Source: a virus (lineage: Duplodnaviria > Caudoviricetes). Taken from it: a stretch of DNA of 59,472 nucleotides. The position numbers were made by a program, and so were the translations under genes. The notes under the pieces were generated by a model. That model did no database searches, was not told the DNA's origin, and saw only the letters and a program-made list of their open reading frames with translations. This document shows, one piece after another, positions 26,965 through 35,743 of this stretch (positions within the stretch are counted from its first letter, which is position 1; each line of letters starts with the position of its first letter). Location: the IMG/VR virus record IMGVR_UViG_3300010354_000097, positions 1-59,472 of that record; one strand, given 5' to 3'.

Positions 26965-28233
26965 ATGACTAGCACTGTAGACAATCCAGTAAAAGACGCT
27001 GCCACAATGAAACGGCTTGAGAACGAAGCCATTGAGCGGTTGGTTGTTGCTCGAATCGGTATGCTTATTCGTCATCCGTTTTTTGGAAATCTAATCACTC
27101 GTATGAAGCTGATTAATGCTCATGAGTGGTGCCCTACTGCGGCTACCGACGGACGTAATCTATACTTTAATCCCGAATTCATTAAGAAGCTAGACAATAA
27201 GGAACTTGAGTTCCTTTTAGGGCACGAAGTTCTTCATATGATCTATGACCACATCGCTCGTATCGGTAGTCGAGATCGTAAACTTAGCAATATTGCACAA
27301 GATTACGTGGTTAATTCTGATTTGATTGATTTCAAAGTCGGTCGCAAAATTACTACGGTGCCATGTCTTTACGACAAAAAATACGCTGGCTGGACTTGGG
27401 AGGCTGTTTACGACGACCTTTACGAGCAGGCAGAAAAAATCAATATCGATCAGCTTGTTGAGCAGATGCTAGACGAGCATCTTGCTGATCAAGAAGACGG
27501 TGAAGCAACCGGTGGTTCTGGAGAAGACGGAGATAAAAAAGGCAAAGGACGGCCGCGTCTAAGCGATGCCGAAAAAGAAGAACTACGTAAAGAAATGAAG
27601 CAGGCTGTTCTCGAAGCTGCTCAAAGTGTCGGAGCTAGTAATTTGCCCGCCGGCATCAAACGTTTGGTTAGTTCTCTAACCGATCATAAAATGAACTGGC
27701 GTGAAATGCTTCAACAAAGAATCCAAAGTGTGTTCAAAGCTGATTATTCTTGGATGCGTCCTAGTCGTCGTAGTGCTCATCTAGAAGCTGTTCTGCCCGG
27801 AATGAAGCCCGGCGACATGGTTGATGTATGCGTAGCTATCGATGTCAGTGGCAGCATTTCCGAAAAGCAGGCTAAGGACTTGCTAGGAGAAGTTTCAGGT
27901 ATCATCCAAAGCTTTGATGAGTATCGTGTACATGTAATGACTTTTGACACCGAAGTATATAATCCACAAGTGTTCACATCCGACGGCATCGACACTATCG
28001 AAGAATATGAGGTAATGGGCGGTGGCGGAACCGACTTCTCCTGTGTATGGCGTTACTTACAAGAAAATGATATCGTACCCAAACAATTGATCATGTTCAC
28101 CGACGGATATGATTTCGGTGACAAAGGTGCTCAGTTTGAAGGTTACTGTCCTACTATGTTCCTTATTCACAGTAACCCAGAATTCGAGCCCGGTTGGGAC
28201 GCAGAGTCTGTTCAATATGATGAAAGAGTCTGA
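26965..28233 (+). CDS. Metallopeptidase-like plus VWA domain protein (DUF2201 type)
   Basis: TAATDG, HEVLH (HExxH), MIDAS motif DVSGS, GGGGTDF and FTDG; AAGGAG RBS before ATG 26965. Confidence 0.9.
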   Translation: MTSTVDNPVKDAATMKRLENEAIERLVVARIGMLIRHPFFGNLITRMKLINAHEWCPTAATDGRNLYFNPEFIKKLDNKELEFLLGHEVLHMIYDHIARIGSRDRKLSNIAQDYVVNSDLIDFKVGRKITTVPCLYDKKYAGWTWEAVYDDLYEQAEKINIDQLVEQMLDEHLADQEDGEATGGSGEDGDKKGKGRPRLSDAEKEELRKEMKQAVLEAAQSVGASNLPAGIKRLVSSLTDHKMNWREMLQQRIQSVFKADYSWMRPSRRSAHLEAVLPGMKPGDMVDVCVAIDVSGSISEKQAKDLLGEVSGIIQSFDEYRVHVMTFDTEVYNPQVFTSDGIDTIEEYEVMGGGGTDFSCVWRYLQENDIVPKQLIMFTDGYDFGDKGAQFEGYCPTMFLIHSNPEFEPGWDAESVQYDERV

Positions 28234-28486
28234 TTTCGAAGAATTGAGACGACTCCGTCAATTAGATTTTTGGAGTCCGCATCTAACCATTGTAGATGTA
28301 ACCGGAATTCGTAGCTATGAAAAGAAAATATCCGATTGGGTATGGAAGCATACCAAAGGAAGATTTTGGATTGGCGAACATTACGAAAACCGTACCTGGA
28401 AATTTTTAATCGGGTTTGAGGTCGCTTACGAAGCTACTTATTTTAATTTGAAATTTTTTTCAACTTTGCATTCTGACCTTAAATAA
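28217..28486 (+). CDS. Hypothetical protein
   Basis: WVWKHTKGRFW...IGFE..EATYFNL; start moved to ATG 28217 (or 28220). Confidence 0.55.
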   Translation: MMKESDFEELRRLRQLDFWSPHLTIVDVTGIRSYEKKISDWVWKHTKGRFWIGEHYENRTWKFLIGFEVAYEATYFNLKFFSTLHSDLK

Positions 28487-28513
28487 AACTAGAACTAAAA
28501 TTTGGAGAGTTCT

Positions 28514-29191
28514 ATGATAAAACATGTAGGTAAACATAATCAGAAGAAAATAGTCTTATTGTATAGACAAGTACCCGGTGAGGATCATATGTGTTTAGTC
28601 ACGTATAGTGAAACGTTACCGAGACAAATTCACGACGATTTAATGAAAGCTTTAGAAAGTTCGGCAGGACAACAAGCCAAAGAACTCTCCGAAGTACTGT
28701 TTCGTTCGTTAGGAAACAACGGAAGAAGTATTCTAGGTACTTTGCATAGTGAAGGATTCATTAAAAAAGTTCCAACCAATCAAGTATTAATAACGCCAAA
28801 TAGTACTAGCTCTGTTCGACTAGATGAACTTAATAAAATACTTAACGAAATGGCTTTAGGCGAAGATGCGGTTAAACGCCTTGAACAATTAGAAAACGAT
28901 AAGGGCATGACCGGCAAGGCAAATAAAAAGAAATCAACTTCGCAATCTAAAACTACTAGTCAATCGGTTTCTGGTGAATCAAACACAACAGATGTTCTTA
29001 GTGACTCTGCTTTGGCGTCAAATTTTAGAGAACAGGCAAACAAGATGATCGCCGAAGCCAAAGCTTTAATGGCCGAAAGTGAGAGACTAATGCAAGAAGC
29101 TGCACAATTAGATCCTGTGATTCCCGAAACAAATGTCAAACCAAAGTCAACCAAAACCAAAAAAACCGCAGACAAAGTCAAAGCGAATTAA
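28514..29191 (+). CDS. Hypothetical protein
   Basis: MIKHVG start, GGAGAG RBS, TAAATA at 28480-28485, coiled-coil C-terminus. Confidence 0.7.
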   Translation: MIKHVGKHNQKKIVLLYRQVPGEDHMCLVTYSETLPRQIHDDLMKALESSAGQQAKELSEVLFRSLGNNGRSILGTLHSEGFIKKVPTNQVLITPNSTSSVRLDELNKILNEMALGEDAVKRLEQLENDKGMTGKANKKKSTSQSKTTSQSVSGESNTTDVLSDSALASNFREQANKMIAEAKALMAESERLMQEAAQLDPVIPETNVKPKSTKTKKTADKVKAN

Positions 29192-29483
29192 TATAAATTA
29201 TAAAGGCCAGTGGCGACAAATTTTAAAAGAAGTTGATAAAGAAAAAGTACCATTGAATCTCTTAGATTGTATGGTACTTAAATTAATTGACGGAACTAAA
29301 GTAACTATATCAGTTAAAAAATTAATCGATAACAATGTTGACATTGATGCAATCGAAGAAAAAATAACTGAAAAATTGTCGGCACTGGATCATATGATCA
29401 CCGATATTGATTTTTTTATCAGTATCGAAAGAGTTAATCAAGTAGTTAAACCTATCACTGACGAAATACTTAAAGACCTATGA
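29133..29483 (+). CDS. Hypothetical protein
   Basis: Coupled to thyX. Confidence 0.6.
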   Translation: MSNQSQPKPKKPQTKSKRININYKGQWRQILKEVDKEKVPLNLLDCMVLKLIDGTKVTISVKKLIDNNVDIDAIEEKITEKLSALDHMITDIDFFISIERVNQVVKPITDEILKDL

Positions 29484-30154
29484 AAGTAAAATTGATTAGT
29501 TATAGTAAACCCACCGAAGAATTTGTAACATTGGGTATCGACGATGTGCAAGAACTTATTGCTTATTGTGCTCGTGTTAGTAATCCTAGTAATCAGTTTA
29601 ACACTGATACAAGTGAAAAACTGATTCGATATCTAATTAAAAATCAACACTGGTCGCCATTGGAAATGGTTTCGGCTTGTTTAGAAATTGAAACTACAAG
29701 AGACATTGCAAGGCAGATACTCAGACATCGTAGTTTTAGCTTTCAAGAATTTAGTCAACGTTATGCGGATCCTGTTCGAGATTTAGAGTTTGTACTTCGA
29801 GAAGCCCGTTTGCAGGATATGAAGAATCGACAAAACAGTATTCCTTTAGATCTCGGACAGGACGCACATCGATCAATTGATCAACAATGGCAAACAGTTC
29901 AACAAAAAGTTATCACAGAAGCTAAAAATGCATACCAATGGGCTATTGAAAACGGAATCGCTAAGGAACAGGCACGTGCTGTTCTGCCCGAAGGTCTTAC
30001 TGCTAGTCGAATGTACATGAATGGTACTCTACGTAGTTGGATTCATTACATCGAACTTCGTAGTGCCAATGGCACTCAGCTCGAGCACCAGTTAATTGCT
30101 AAAGAGTGTGCTCGAGTTATTGCCGAAGTGTTTCCGATGGCTACTACATTATGA
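29480..30154 (+). CDS. thyX: FAD-dependent thymidylate synthase
   Basis: HWSPLE, RQILRHRSFSFQEFSQRY and EQARAVLP. Confidence 0.95.
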   Translation: MKVKLISYSKPTEEFVTLGIDDVQELIAYCARVSNPSNQFNTDTSEKLIRYLIKNQHWSPLEMVSACLEIETTRDIARQILRHRSFSFQEFSQRYADPVRDLEFVLREARLQDMKNRQNSIPLDLGQDAHRSIDQQWQTVQQKVITEAKNAYQWAIENGIAKEQARAVLPEGLTASRMYMNGTLRSWIHYIELRSANGTQLEHQLIAKECARVIAEVFPMATTL

Positions 30155-30642
30155 AAGAAAGAATGATCGACTTCTATATGCGGATAGCTAGAGAAACCGC
30201 AAAACTAAGTCGAGCACGTAGACTTCAAGTTGGTTGTGTTATTGTCAAGGATGATAACATAATCAGCTTTGGGTGGAATGGTACCCCTCCGGGATGGGAT
30301 AACGACTGCGAGTATAAAGACTATTGTATCAGCCGAGACTTCACTGGTAACTACTTCCCTGGGACAGAAAACGAGTACCCGTTTGAAGATGAGTACGGCA
30401 GATACAAGCTTAAAACCAAGCCTGAAGTGTTACATGCTGAGGCTAATGCACTATTAAAATTGTGTCGTACTCACGAAAGTAGCTCAGCGGCCAGTTTATT
30501 CCTAACCCATGCACCATGTATCGAGTGTGCAAAATTAATTTTTAGTTCCGGAATTAAAAATGTTTTTTACAACGAAGTGTATCGTAACACAGATGGAATT
30601 AATTTTTTAAATAACACCGATATCAAAGTATTAAAAATTTAA
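30151..30642 (+). CDS. dCMP deaminase
   Basis: VGCVIV, GWNG, HAEANA and PCIEC; ATGA overlap with the thyX stop. Confidence 0.93.
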   Translation: MKERMIDFYMRIARETAKLSRARRLQVGCVIVKDDNIISFGWNGTPPGWDNDCEYKDYCISRDFTGNYFPGTENEYPFEDEYGRYKLKTKPEVLHAEANALLKLCRTHESSSAASLFLTHAPCIECAKLIFSSGIKNVFYNEVYRNTDGINFLNNTDIKVLKI

Positions 30643-30644
30643 TA

Positions 30645-31379
30645 TCAGTCTACAGCTATCGAAATAGCAATTGCCCCAAATGCAACAGATGGTGCTCCGG
30701 CCGATTCACCGATATATCCTTCACAAAAAATATCAAGATAATATGTAACTCCTACTGCTTCGTTTGGTAGATTTACTGAAATAGAAGAAGAAGTGGTACT
30801 AGAATTACCAGTAGTTTGCGATATTCCTCCAACAACATTAACTATTTCATTACCGGCACCGTCTCTAATTCTATATCCCGGATATCCAACTTCTGACAAA
30901 TCTGTATCATCAAAAATTGGATATCCGGTACCGGAATCATAATATCCTTGCACCGACATGGTCACAGGGTTGACTTTGAGTCTTCCGCGATATGGAACCG
31001 TAAAATTTAAAACATTATCTAATCTGTATCGTGTGGTCCATTGACCTCCGCTAACTGCCGAAAACCCATTTGCATTAACAAAATTTATCAATCCACCGGT
31101 GCCGGCATAGGAATAATTAGAAATTGCATATTCCCTAGCTCCTGAAAATTGACTTAATTGGATCGGGGTAGTGGCAGGAGCAACTGGAGTAGACGGAATA
31201 TTTGCATTACTAGTAGAAGAATGTGGACTAGTTGTACTAGCCATATTTCCGCCCGAATCTTGTAATGATGCAGTGGTGTTAGCACTACTTTTATAATATT
31301 CTGATAGACTAATAGGATTTGATCCACCGAATTCAGTCTGTAAATCTGAAAATTTAATATTATTAGCAGGAATAGTCAT
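30645..31379 (-). CDS. Tail fibre-associated / distal tail protein
   Basis: N-terminal FSDLQTEFGGSNPISLSEYY motif, typical of proteins following S74-capped fibres. Confidence 0.55.
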   Translation of the reverse strand: MTIPANNIKFSDLQTEFGGSNPISLSEYYKSSANTTASLQDSGGNMASTTSPHSSTSNANIPSTPVAPATTPIQLSQFSGAREYAISNYSYAGTGGLINFVNANGFSAVSGGQWTTRYRLDNVLNFTVPYRGRLKVNPVTMSVQGYYDSGTGYPIFDDTDLSEVGYPGYRIRDGAGNEIVNVVGGISQTTGNSSTTSSSISVNLPNEAVGVTYYLDIFCEGYIGESAGAPSVAFGAIAISIAVD

Positions 31380-32398
31380 ATTCGAATCCCAAGATAAGTT
31401 TGATTACTGTCGTCCATTCTTTTTGAACTGGATAGATAAATTTTATTATAACTTTTTAATTCTTCGACAAGATTTAACTGATCTTCAAATAACTCAGTCC
31501 CGTAAGAAGTATTTTCGGTATAAGTTCCTTTATATACTTTTTTATTTTGATTATTTGCAAACTTATGCTGGAAAACAAAATTTTTTTCTTCTCTTTCAGG
31601 AAATTGTCGGAAGTAAAATTTCCATGTGGAAATTTTATTAGTTATAGAATCATAATACATTCCTAGAGATAATAAGTTTTCAAATTTAATTTGATCTGAT
31701 ATTTGTAAATTCTGCTGTATTATACTAGGCATTAAATCGTTTTGAAAATTTACATGATCATTATTTAAAAGAGAAGCATTTTGTAAGAAATAAAAAACTT
31801 TGTTTTCGGGCAAAGATATAGGAGTAAATTCTAAACTTGGAATAACATATGCGTTAACTGTTTTAACATTTTGATTTAAAAGTTTTTGTATCCTGTGTCT
31901 TCCGTCGACAGTCGATAAATTACCAAATGAATCTTTTAATACAACGAGAGGATAATTGGTATCCACAATATCAACCTTTTTTACCCATCTTTCGTAACGA
32001 TTACTGGCTTTAATAGTCTCCAATGCTGAATTAAGATTAGGTATTAACTTTTCTATTTCTATAGATTCAAGGGGATATTTTTTTGCCTGCTCCCATAAGG
32101 AAAACATTCTAATAGAAGTTTTCGGTACATAAAATCTAAATATGTTGGACGATAGAGATTCGACGTCGAAACCAATTTCTTTTATTTTTTCAAAATGCGA
32201 TTTTATTTCTTCCGAAATATGGATATTATTTACATTTAAAAATTTAAAAAATTCTTCATTAGACAAAGTACATGCAACAGTGAGATTATTATTTCTATTA
32301 CATATCGCTATGTTATCAACTGTTTTGTACCCAGATAATGATCCAAAAGAAGGTATTTTATTTTTTAGCAAATTTATTAAATCTTCGGTAGTGATCAC
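31376..32398 (-). CDS. Hypothetical protein with an internal ParB/Srx-like domain
   Basis: YPLVVL...TVDGRHRIQK...VNAYV; very AT-rich. Confidence 0.55.
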   Translation of the reverse strand: MITTEDLINLLKNKIPSFGSLSGYKTVDNIAICNRNNNLTVACTLSNEEFFKFLNVNNIHISEEIKSHFEKIKEIGFDVESLSSNIFRFYVPKTSIRMFSLWEQAKKYPLESIEIEKLIPNLNSALETIKASNRYERWVKKVDIVDTNYPLVVLKDSFGNLSTVDGRHRIQKLLNQNVKTVNAYVIPSLEFTPISLPENKVFYFLQNASLLNNDHVNFQNDLMPSIIQQNLQISDQIKFENLLSLGMYYDSITNKISTWKFYFRQFPEREEKNFVFQHKFANNQNKKVYKGTYTENTSYGTELFEDQLNLVEELKSYNKIYLSSSKRMDDSNQTYLGIRI

Positions 32399-34131
32399 TG
32401 TTGATTATCCCTGTACAATTTTTGTTTTAATTGTGAAACTTCATTACTTAATTCTTTAACAGATTCGATTAGTAAAGAAACCAACCGATCGTACTTAACT
32501 GCTAAATGCCCGTCTTCTTTTTTTGCTACAACTTCGGGTAATATTTTTTCTACTTCTTGTGCTATAACTCCTACATCCTTTTTTCTTACAAAATAACCAT
32601 CCTCGCCTCCGCGACTCTGTATATATTCGTCCTTCCAGTCAAAATATACACCGCTTATTTGTTGTAATTTTTCTAAAGCATTATTTATAGGAGAAATGTT
32701 TTCTTTCCACGTTATGTCTGAAGTATAAAATGCTGTAATATCTCCGGTGGCTCTAATATCGCCTAATCCAGCAGGTACGGCTGCTGCGTCTGTTCCTACT
32801 CCTAAACTACCCATTTGCACAGCCGATGTGGTCCCGATAGAGACTTGTGGTTCCCATCCTTCTGCAGCGACTCCCGTAATAGTTATACCATTAGTACCGG
32901 TTATATTATCTATATAATTACCTGTAGTATCAGTTCCTAGTTCCACCGAATTAGGAGCAATAGTTAATACAACATTGGAGACATTGGCGGATCCGTCGAT
33001 ACTAAAACTACCGGTTACATCTCCAGTGGCAAAAGCTACCGAACGAGCAGTATTCCACTTATCAGCAGTTGCTGCCGACAAATTCGTCACTGTGGTTGTA
33101 CTTGTTACTACTAATGGTGCTGTTCCTACAGCAACACTACTAATAAGCTGATCACCGGTTACATCTCCGGTAGCAGTAATAGCACCTGAAGAAGTTATAT
33201 TTGCCACCGATAATGTATTAGTACTAGGGTTATAAGTAAGATCAGTATCGACTGTAACATCATTATTACCGGTAGTTGCTGCCACAAAAGGAACATATCG
33301 AGCGGTATTAGTTGAATCTGTAGTAATATTGACCTTAGACGCATTTGTTGCATCAACTGCGGTAGTAGCCGAAGATGCTGCCACACCTGTTATGTTAGCT
33401 CCGCTTCCGTGAAAGTTAGTAGCATAAACATTAGCCCATTTTTTTGCAGTAGAACCTAAATTTGTTACATTATCAGTATTGGGAAAAATACCATTTTCTT
33501 CAATACTAACTGTTTTAGTCAGAATCTCACCAACTTCGCTACCTCTTCTGAAATTAATACCCGGTATTAAAGTAGCAGGGAAATTAGCTATCGGAGTCGA
33601 GGGGGTAAATTCTGTATTGCTAAAAATAGCTATATCAGTTCCGGCGATACTCAATCTTAAAATTATATTACCGTCGATTGTATCACCAAATAAACCAGTT
33701 GTTCCGCCGCCTCCGCTATTTTCCGGACCAATGGTTACCCATGTATTATTGTAATATAATTTAAGTTGCTGTACACCGACACTAGTATCATACCATAAAT
33801 CACCAACACTGGGATTAGTGGGTTGACTTGAACTAGTGACTGGATTACCAATTGGTTTCCAATCTGTTGCGTCTACACCGGTATTCTGAAATTTTACTTT
33901 GAGTAATTCCGTGGTATTATCCCACCAAATTTGTCCGACTAAACTTTCTGCAGGAGCTGAACTATTAGCAAAATGCTCAACCATTTTTACTAAATTTTCA
34001 TTAAGAGCTTCGCCATAATTGGCTTTGCTGCGTCCTATTAGTGTAATTCCTGCTACTGTATCAACAGTATTTTCTGCTAAATCTGACACTAATACACTAT
34101 TGTCAGTCTTATTAATCGTATAACCAGCCAT
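32395..34131 (-). CDS. Tail fibre with a C-terminal peptidase S74 intramolecular chaperone
   Basis: SDITWKENI, GVIAQEVEKILPEVV, VKYDRLVSLLIESVKEL; N-terminal YGEALNENLVKMVEHFAN. Confidence 0.88.
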   Translation of the reverse strand: MAGYTINKTDNSVLVSDLAENTVDTVAGITLIGRSKANYGEALNENLVKMVEHFANSSAPAESLVGQIWWDNTTELLKVKFQNTGVDATDWKPIGNPVTSSSQPTNPSVGDLWYDTSVGVQQLKLYYNNTWVTIGPENSGGGGTTGLFGDTIDGNIILRLSIAGTDIAIFSNTEFTPSTPIANFPATLIPGINFRRGSEVGEILTKTVSIEENGIFPNTDNVTNLGSTAKKWANVYATNFHGSGANITGVAASSATTAVDATNASKVNITTDSTNTARYVPFVAATTGNNDVTVDTDLTYNPSTNTLSVANITSSGAITATGDVTGDQLISSVAVGTAPLVVTSTTTVTNLSAATADKWNTARSVAFATGDVTGSFSIDGSANVSNVVLTIAPNSVELGTDTTGNYIDNITGTNGITITGVAAEGWEPQVSIGTTSAVQMGSLGVGTDAAAVPAGLGDIRATGDITAFYTSDITWKENISPINNALEKLQQISGVYFDWKDEYIQSRGGEDGYFVRKKDVGVIAQEVEKILPEVVAKKEDGHLAVKYDRLVSLLIESVKELSNEVSQLKQKLYRDNQQ

Positions 34132-34152
34132 AATATCTCCAGTTTTATCTAT

Positions 34153-34992
34153 TTATCCGGTAATTTTCATAATATAGCATAGAGCATAATATGAAGGTAA
34201 ACTTGCTCCGTTTCCTTTGTTTCCTGTAGTATTTGTTGAATTAGCAGCATAAAGGTTACCGGCCCCGATAACAAATTTATCTCTTAGATCCGGAGTATCA
34301 TTTCCTCCATTACATAATGCCCAACCGGTTGGTATATTAGAAGTATCGCCATACCATAAAACTATAGAACCTTTAGGCAATATGTCATGTACAAATCCAG
34401 TAGTAGCTATAGCAGTCGAATCGTCTGCTACCGCAGCAGTAGGAGCAACCGGTACTCCGGTCATATTAGCATAATCTAAATAGTATGATCCATGTTGACC
34501 GTCTAAACGATCAGCATTTAAATTAGTTACCAAAGTTTGACTTTGTACGGTTAATGGTGCTGTTCCTGTTGTTTGAGTTAAAGTAGCCGAAGTAAATGTC
34601 GGAGATGCAGAATTATTAATGTCTTGAGGTAAACTCAATGTAATATTAGGCCCCGAAATAGTAACAGTAATTTGATTAGCTGTGCCCGATATATTACTGA
34701 CCGACGGAATAGATACCCAACCGGATGTGGGGCCTCTATAAACTTTAATAGCATTAGCGTTTTTATCCCACCATAATTGTCCGAGTACAGGGCCACTCGG
34801 TGCTGTATTGTTAGCAAAATTTTCCATTAATTTTAGAAAATTTTCGTTAAGTATTTCTCCATAATTACCATAATCTTTACCAATGAACACAATAGTTTTA
34901 TCTGAGTTAATGGTATTATCTAAAACCACCAATGGATTACCAGATGAATCTGTTAATGGCGATCCATCTGTTTTAGTAATTGAATACGGCAT
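34153..34992 (-). CDS. Short tail fibre with a tail-collar domain
   Basis: PKGSIVLWYG..IPTGWALCNG..TPDLRDKFVIGAG and PSYYALCYIMK; N-terminus is paralogous to that of the neighbouring fibre. Confidence 0.85.
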   Translation of the reverse strand: MPYSITKTDGSPLTDSSGNPLVVLDNTINSDKTIVFIGKDYGNYGEILNENFLKLMENFANNTAPSGPVLGQLWWDKNANAIKVYRGPTSGWVSIPSVSNISGTANQITVTISGPNITLSLPQDINNSASPTFTSATLTQTTGTAPLTVQSQTLVTNLNADRLDGQHGSYYLDYANMTGVPVAPTAAVADDSTAIATTGFVHDILPKGSIVLWYGDTSNIPTGWALCNGGNDTPDLRDKFVIGAGNLYAANSTNTTGNKGNGASLPSYYALCYIMKITG

Positions 34993-34995
34993 TAA

Positions 34996-35589
34996 TTATA
35001 CTCCACTCAAATTAGTTAAAGTCTGAATTCTAATTGTATAATCGATTTGAATTAATCGATTTAATGATTTTTGTATCGGATGAAAAATAACATGAGTTAA
35101 CAATTTATCTTCACTGGATTTAATACCTAACTCATCAAATACATAAGTTCCGTCGGTATCTTCGGCTGTATCAAATGCATCCTGTCCACTGGGTTCATTA
35201 TAATCAAGTAAACAACTAATTAAAATATCTGTATAGACTTCTCCAGCTAGATGTCTTATTTCCATTTTATTGTTAATCGGATCGGTATTTTCTCCCGAAA
35301 ATTGATTAATAACTTTTGAATATGATTGTAAATATAAATCCGATTGTTGAGTGTTTGTGTTTGGGGGTAGATATGTAATAATTCCAGTTACATCTACACT
35401 AGTTCCCCCTCTTCCAAATGCCATACTTTTAATAGATCCTCCGCCGACGCCAGATACACAATTAGCCAATGAAACACTCATGTTTTCATAATGAATTTGA
35501 TTATCTTTATCTACTAGTACGCGATTTTCTGTCAAATCGGTAATTTTTACATGTCCGTGCATTAATGTTGGTAATATCATTTTAACCAT
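34996..35589 (-). CDS. Putative baseplate/tail structural protein
   Basis: Located in the tail module; FDELGI..LLTHVIFHPIQKSLNR. Confidence 0.6.
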   Translation of the reverse strand: MVKMILPTLMHGHVKITDLTENRVLVDKDNQIHYENMSVSLANCVSGVGGGSIKSMAFGRGGTSVDVTGIITYLPPNTNTQQSDLYLQSYSKVINQFSGENTDPINNKMEIRHLAGEVYTDILISCLLDYNEPSGQDAFDTAEDTDGTYVFDELGIKSSEDKLLTHVIFHPIQKSLNRLIQIDYTIRIQTLTNLSGV

Positions 35590-35733
35590 TTATCCTCTAG
35601 TTTTTAGTAATACCTGCCCAGTTTTTGGATCTGAAATTTTTAAATGAGCTTGCAACAATAGACCAGCAGCTACATCCGGTTTGATCTTTTTTTCTTGTTC
35701 AGGTACCAATGGTTTATCTTTTTTATTCATCAT
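35590..35733 (-). CDS. 47-aa small protein missing from the ORF track
   Basis: MMNKKDKPLVPEQEKKIKPDVAAGLLLQAHLKISDPKTGQVLLKTRG; fills the gap exactly, with TAAATA just upstream. Confidence 0.7.
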   Translation of the reverse strand: MMNKKDKPLVPEQEKKIKPDVAAGLLLQAHLKISDPKTGQVLLKTRG

Positions 35734-35743
35734 TTATTTATTC

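Noticed and set aside
30636-30650. Bidirectional terminator at the convergence of the two gene blocks
   Set aside because: The stop codons are only 2 nt apart and I see no convincing hairpin.
33005-33180. Repeated ACCGGTTACATCTCC in the tail fibre gene as a DGR or invertible-segment signal
   Set aside because: It encodes a repeated ATGDVTG fibre motif. No reverse transcriptase, invertase or adenine-specific variant repeat was seen.
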